DNA from: Promethearchaeia archaeon
GTDB taxonomy: Archaea > Asgardarchaeota > Lokiarchaeia > Sigyniarchaeales > SOKP01
DNA length: 64,000 bases
Assembly (NCBI GenBank): GCA_029856145.1
Contig: JAHQWK010000016.1
Coordinates: forward strand, 1-64,000
Direction of reading: 5' to 3'
This document shows positions 61,113-64,000 of this stretch, piece by piece. The notes below the pieces were generated by a model that was given only the letters and a program-made list of their open reading frames with translations, was not told the DNA's origin and did no database searches. Both the position numbers and the translations under genes were made by a program. How positions within the stretch are numbered: position 1 is the first letter of the stretch; every line of letters begins with the position of its first letter.

Positions 61113-61818
61113 GGATGAAATAGAACTAATATGTGGGATAGACGAGGCTGGTAGAATTTAATTCGCTTCGAATTATATGTTAAAAGGCTCTGTCTTAGGC
61201 CCTATGGTTTTATGTGGAATTTGTTTCAATAAATCAAAAATAAACTTATTATCTGAAATAGGTGTTAAAGACTCAAAAAAATTATCTCCTATAAGGAGGA
61301 ATAAATTAGCTAATCTCTTGAAAAATTACTGCCACTCATATAAAATCGTTATAATTAGTCCTCAGGAGATTGATGAGAGAGAAAGTAAAAAAATTACATT
61401 GAATCGACTTGAAGAATTAAAAATGGCAGAGATTATCAACACACTGAAACCAGATGTCATTTTTATAGATGCTGTGGATGTAAATGAAGAAAGATTTGGA
61501 CATTCTATAAAAAAATTATTGAATTATATTCCTAAAAAAATAATTTCTGAACATAAGGCTGATGACATATATCCAATAGTTTCAGCAGGTTCTATTATGG
61601 CTAAAGTTAAAAGAGATTCTCTAATTGAAGAACTTCATAAAAAATATGGAAATTTTGGTTCAGGATACCCTTCTGATATTAGAACAATTGAATTTCTTAG
61701 AAATTATGTAAAAAATAATAAGAAACCACCTAAAATCGCAAGGAAATCATGGAATACAACTAAAAGAATAATAAATGAAGAGTTATCTACAAAAAAAATA
61801 ACTGATTTTCTTAATTAA
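61090..61818 (+). CDS. rnhB: Ribonuclease HII; two exons (61090-61154, 61185-61818), about 232 aa after splicing; start codon uncertain
   Basis: Spliced ICGIDEAGRGSVLGPMV, VKDSKKLS, IDAVD, HKADD, GSGYPSD, RKSW, PIP-like KITDF. Confidence 0.93.
61155..61184 (+). other. 30-nt BHB intron in rnhB mRNA
   Basis: Central UGGU/GUUA, bulges AG|A and AA|A, hairpin AUUUAAUUCG-CUU-CGAAUUAUAU; contains in-frame TAA. Confidence 0.85.
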
Positions 61819-62509
61819 TAACTTTTTTAACTATTAATACAATATGATTAGCAGCATATTTATAGATCTTTATACTTTCTAAGATCTTATATCCCGCTTT
61901 TTCTATTATCTCTTTCTCTTTTGCATAAGTAAGTTCAGATTTTTGAATACTGTCAATTGACTGAGACTTAATCAAAAGAATTAAAATTCCCTCATCCTTT
62001 AAATAATAATTGCAATTTTCTAACGCAATCTCAGCTTGCCGTGGCTGTGCAACATCTTGATAAATTAAATCTACATAAGTAAAAACGTATTTAGCATATT
62101 TATCTGGAAAGCGCGCATCTCCCAATATTGGAATAATATTTGTCCTATTTGAGATATTTTGGATTAATTGTCTCATACTTCTTTCAGCAAACTCTACACC
62201 ATAAATAATTCCAGAATTTATAATATCAGAAAGGTGAGAAATGGTGGTGCCTGAAGATGCTCCTAAATACAAGCATTTTAAATTTTCTGATAAAAAGCTT
62301 GTGATAGGGTTTGCTAGAATTAATGCTGCTAATTTACTTCTAAATGGATCCCATTCTCGATATTCTATACCCTTGTAAGTAATTAATTTCTCTCCAGATA
62401 TTCTTTTTCCTACATCTAAATTTTTTGTATAGAGTTTTAATCTTTCTTGAGGTCCTGAAATAAACACATTGTGAAATTTAGGATGTTTTCTAATCTCCAT
62501 TTTATACAT
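61811..62509 (-). CDS. flpA: Fibrillarin-like 2'-O-methyltransferase
   Basis: YREWDPFRSKLAA, LYLGASSGTT, YQDVAQP. Confidence 0.96.
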   Translation of the reverse strand: MYKMEIRKHPKFHNVFISGPQERLKLYTKNLDVGKRISGEKLITYKGIEYREWDPFRSKLAALILANPITSFLSENLKCLYLGASSGTTISHLSDIINSGIIYGVEFAERSMRQLIQNISNRTNIIPILGDARFPDKYAKYVFTYVDLIYQDVAQPRQAEIALENCNYYLKDEGILILLIKSQSIDSIQKSELTYAKEKEIIEKAGYKILESIKIYKYAANHIVLIVKKVIN

Positions 62510-62529
62510 TTTTTAACAGTTTTATCATA

Positions 62530-63735
62530 TTATCTTTTTTTCTTTGATTTCTTTTTTATACTCTTTACTGGTGGCGCTTTTTTAGGAGGATTTGGATATT
62601 TAATTTCAATTTCTTTGATTTTTTCTTCAATTCCTTGCGATAATTTATCACCTAAGAATTCACCTCCGAAATGATCTAATTTAGCAGCAACACCAATTTT
62701 CCCTGCAACAACTCTAGCAATCTTACCTCTAGTCCATGGTTTCGCCGATCTGATTTGGTTCCATTGAAATATTAAACCATGTTTCGGTCTTTTTTCACCT
62801 GTTTTAAGAAATCGATATAAAGCCTTTTCCGCGCCTAATAATTGAATTCTCGATGCTGGCATATAAGCTAATTTTTGTAAACTACCTGCCTTCGCTATTA
62901 ATTTTGCTCCAATCAAGGAACCAATTAAAGAGTTAATATTAGGAGCGAATTTTTCTAATATTTCTTCTAAATACTTCTCTAATTGTAAGCGATAATTATC
63001 TAATGAAATAATTTGATCTGCATAATTTTGTATCATAGAGAGATCAAAATTTGCACCCATTGATTCTAAAGCGTATTGCTCCAAAGCTTTAATTTTCCTT
63101 TCTTTTAAATCTACCTTATTTTTAATATTTTCATATGTAAAATTTTCTCTAGATCCTAAATTTGTAATCAAATTTGCCAAAGTAATATTATCTTCAATAA
63201 TTTTATCAGTTAATTCAGGAAAATGTAATCCATACCATTCCCTAAGATGACTTGAAAAGAGACTTATTGATTTTTTAATCACATCTAAAACCGTAATAAT
63301 ATGAGTAATTATATTATCTAAATGCCCGCTTGCCTCACTAACTTTTCTTCTTGTTAATTTATCGCTTATATCTTTATATTGTGTAAGGATCTCTTCACTT
63401 GTTTTATTTATTCCAACTTTCTTTAAGTGGTCTTCTAGACTTAAACGAAAAGCTTTGAGTTCTAACGATTTACTTTCGAAAAAAGTTTTATATCCTAATT
63501 TTTCTGAGGTAAGTGATTCTAATTTTATATTATCAAATATAAATTCATTAAAACCAGAATTTTTCAAATCTAATAAAAAGTCCTCAAATACTTTTTGAAT
63601 AATATCACTATCTAATGCATTATAAAATTCAATAATTTTCTCATAATCATCATCAAAATCAATGAAATTTAAGATGTTCCCAGACTCATCAAATGCAAAA
63701 ATTCCAATTAAAGTATCTGCTATGTACGACTTCAT
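62530..63735 (-). CDS. nop5: C/D box RNP subunit Nop5 (Nop56/58)
   Basis: REWYGLHFPEL, PASRIQLLGAEKAL, PKHGLIF, RGKIAR. Confidence 0.96.
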   Translation of the reverse strand: MKSYIADTLIGIFAFDESGNILNFIDFDDDYEKIIEFYNALDSDIIQKVFEDFLLDLKNSGFNEFIFDNIKLESLTSEKLGYKTFFESKSLELKAFRLSLEDHLKKVGINKTSEEILTQYKDISDKLTRRKVSEASGHLDNIITHIITVLDVIKKSISLFSSHLREWYGLHFPELTDKIIEDNITLANLITNLGSRENFTYENIKNKVDLKERKIKALEQYALESMGANFDLSMIQNYADQIISLDNYRLQLEKYLEEILEKFAPNINSLIGSLIGAKLIAKAGSLQKLAYMPASRIQLLGAEKALYRFLKTGEKRPKHGLIFQWNQIRSAKPWTRGKIARVVAGKIGVAAKLDHFGGEFLGDKLSQGIEEKIKEIEIKYPNPPKKAPPVKSIKKKSKKKR

Positions 63736-63813
63736 TTTGGTTGGTCAATTTATACTTATTTTTCCTTCATTAATAATTATTATAAAACTATAATCATTAT
63801 TGTCTTTTAAAAA

Positions 63814-64000
63814 ATGCTAGAAGTAAATCTTTCTGGTTTAAAATTAAAATCTCCTATTATTTTAGCTTCAGGTATTTTAGGAGTTTCTTTTTCTTCAATG
63901 AAAAGAGTTATTGATGCGGGAGCTGGTGCCGTTACTACGAAATCTATCGGACCAAAACCAAGGAAGGGATACAAAAATCCATCGATAATTGAGATATCTC
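63814..64000 (+). CDS. pyrD: Dihydroorotate dehydrogenase, 5' part (runs off window)
   Basis: MLEVNLSGLKLKSPIILASGILG...GAGAVTTKSIGPKPRKGYKNP. Confidence 0.85.
   Translation, partial: MLEVNLSGLKLKSPIILASGILGVSFSSMKRVIDAGAGAVTTKSIGPKPRKGYKNPSIIEIS

Noticed and set aside
1229-62674. Numerous short antisense or overlapping ORFs in the ORF track (e.g. 2018-2395, 21431-21913, 40793-41047, 58207-58497)
   Set aside because: Shadows of well-supported genes on the opposite strand or frame
1-64000. CRISPR arrays, rRNA, IS elements, integrases, inteins
   Set aside because: No regularly spaced repeats, rRNA-like tracts, transposase or intein motifs seen

Overview
An AT-rich archaeal chromosomal segment, very probably from an Asgard archaeon (Lokiarchaeia-like). 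That call rests on archaeal core genes (PAN, TFE, rpoH, unsplit rpoB, cbf5, PolD DP1/DP2, cdc6/orc1, carS, rtcB/archease, pelota, elf1, SAM synthetase, rnhB, fibrillarin/nop5) occurring with eukaryote-signature proteins (Roadblock-Rab-like GTPase, longin-wHTH, LITAF-like, polyproline/WH2-like). The main finding is short bulge-helix-bulge (BHB) introns in two protein-coding genes. RNase HII has a 30-nt insert in the catalytic DEAGRG motif and Elf1 has a 32-nt insert in the CPEC zinc knuckle; both inserts carry stops, and cutting at the canonical BHB positions restores the exact motif. The three tRNAs carry five introns of the same architecture, including three in tRNA-Leu(GAG), two of them near-identical. 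Other candidates: an unannotated 50-aa WH2-like peptide, a coiled-coil plus polyproline/WH2-like gene pair, an eight-gene cluster with a degenerate SMC-like protein, a KITE/MAGE-like protein and an AAA ATPase, mini-ORB-like motifs upstream of cdc6, and two AN1-zinc-finger intramembrane protease-family genes. All calls are by-eye motif reading and manual base-pairing; no searches were run.
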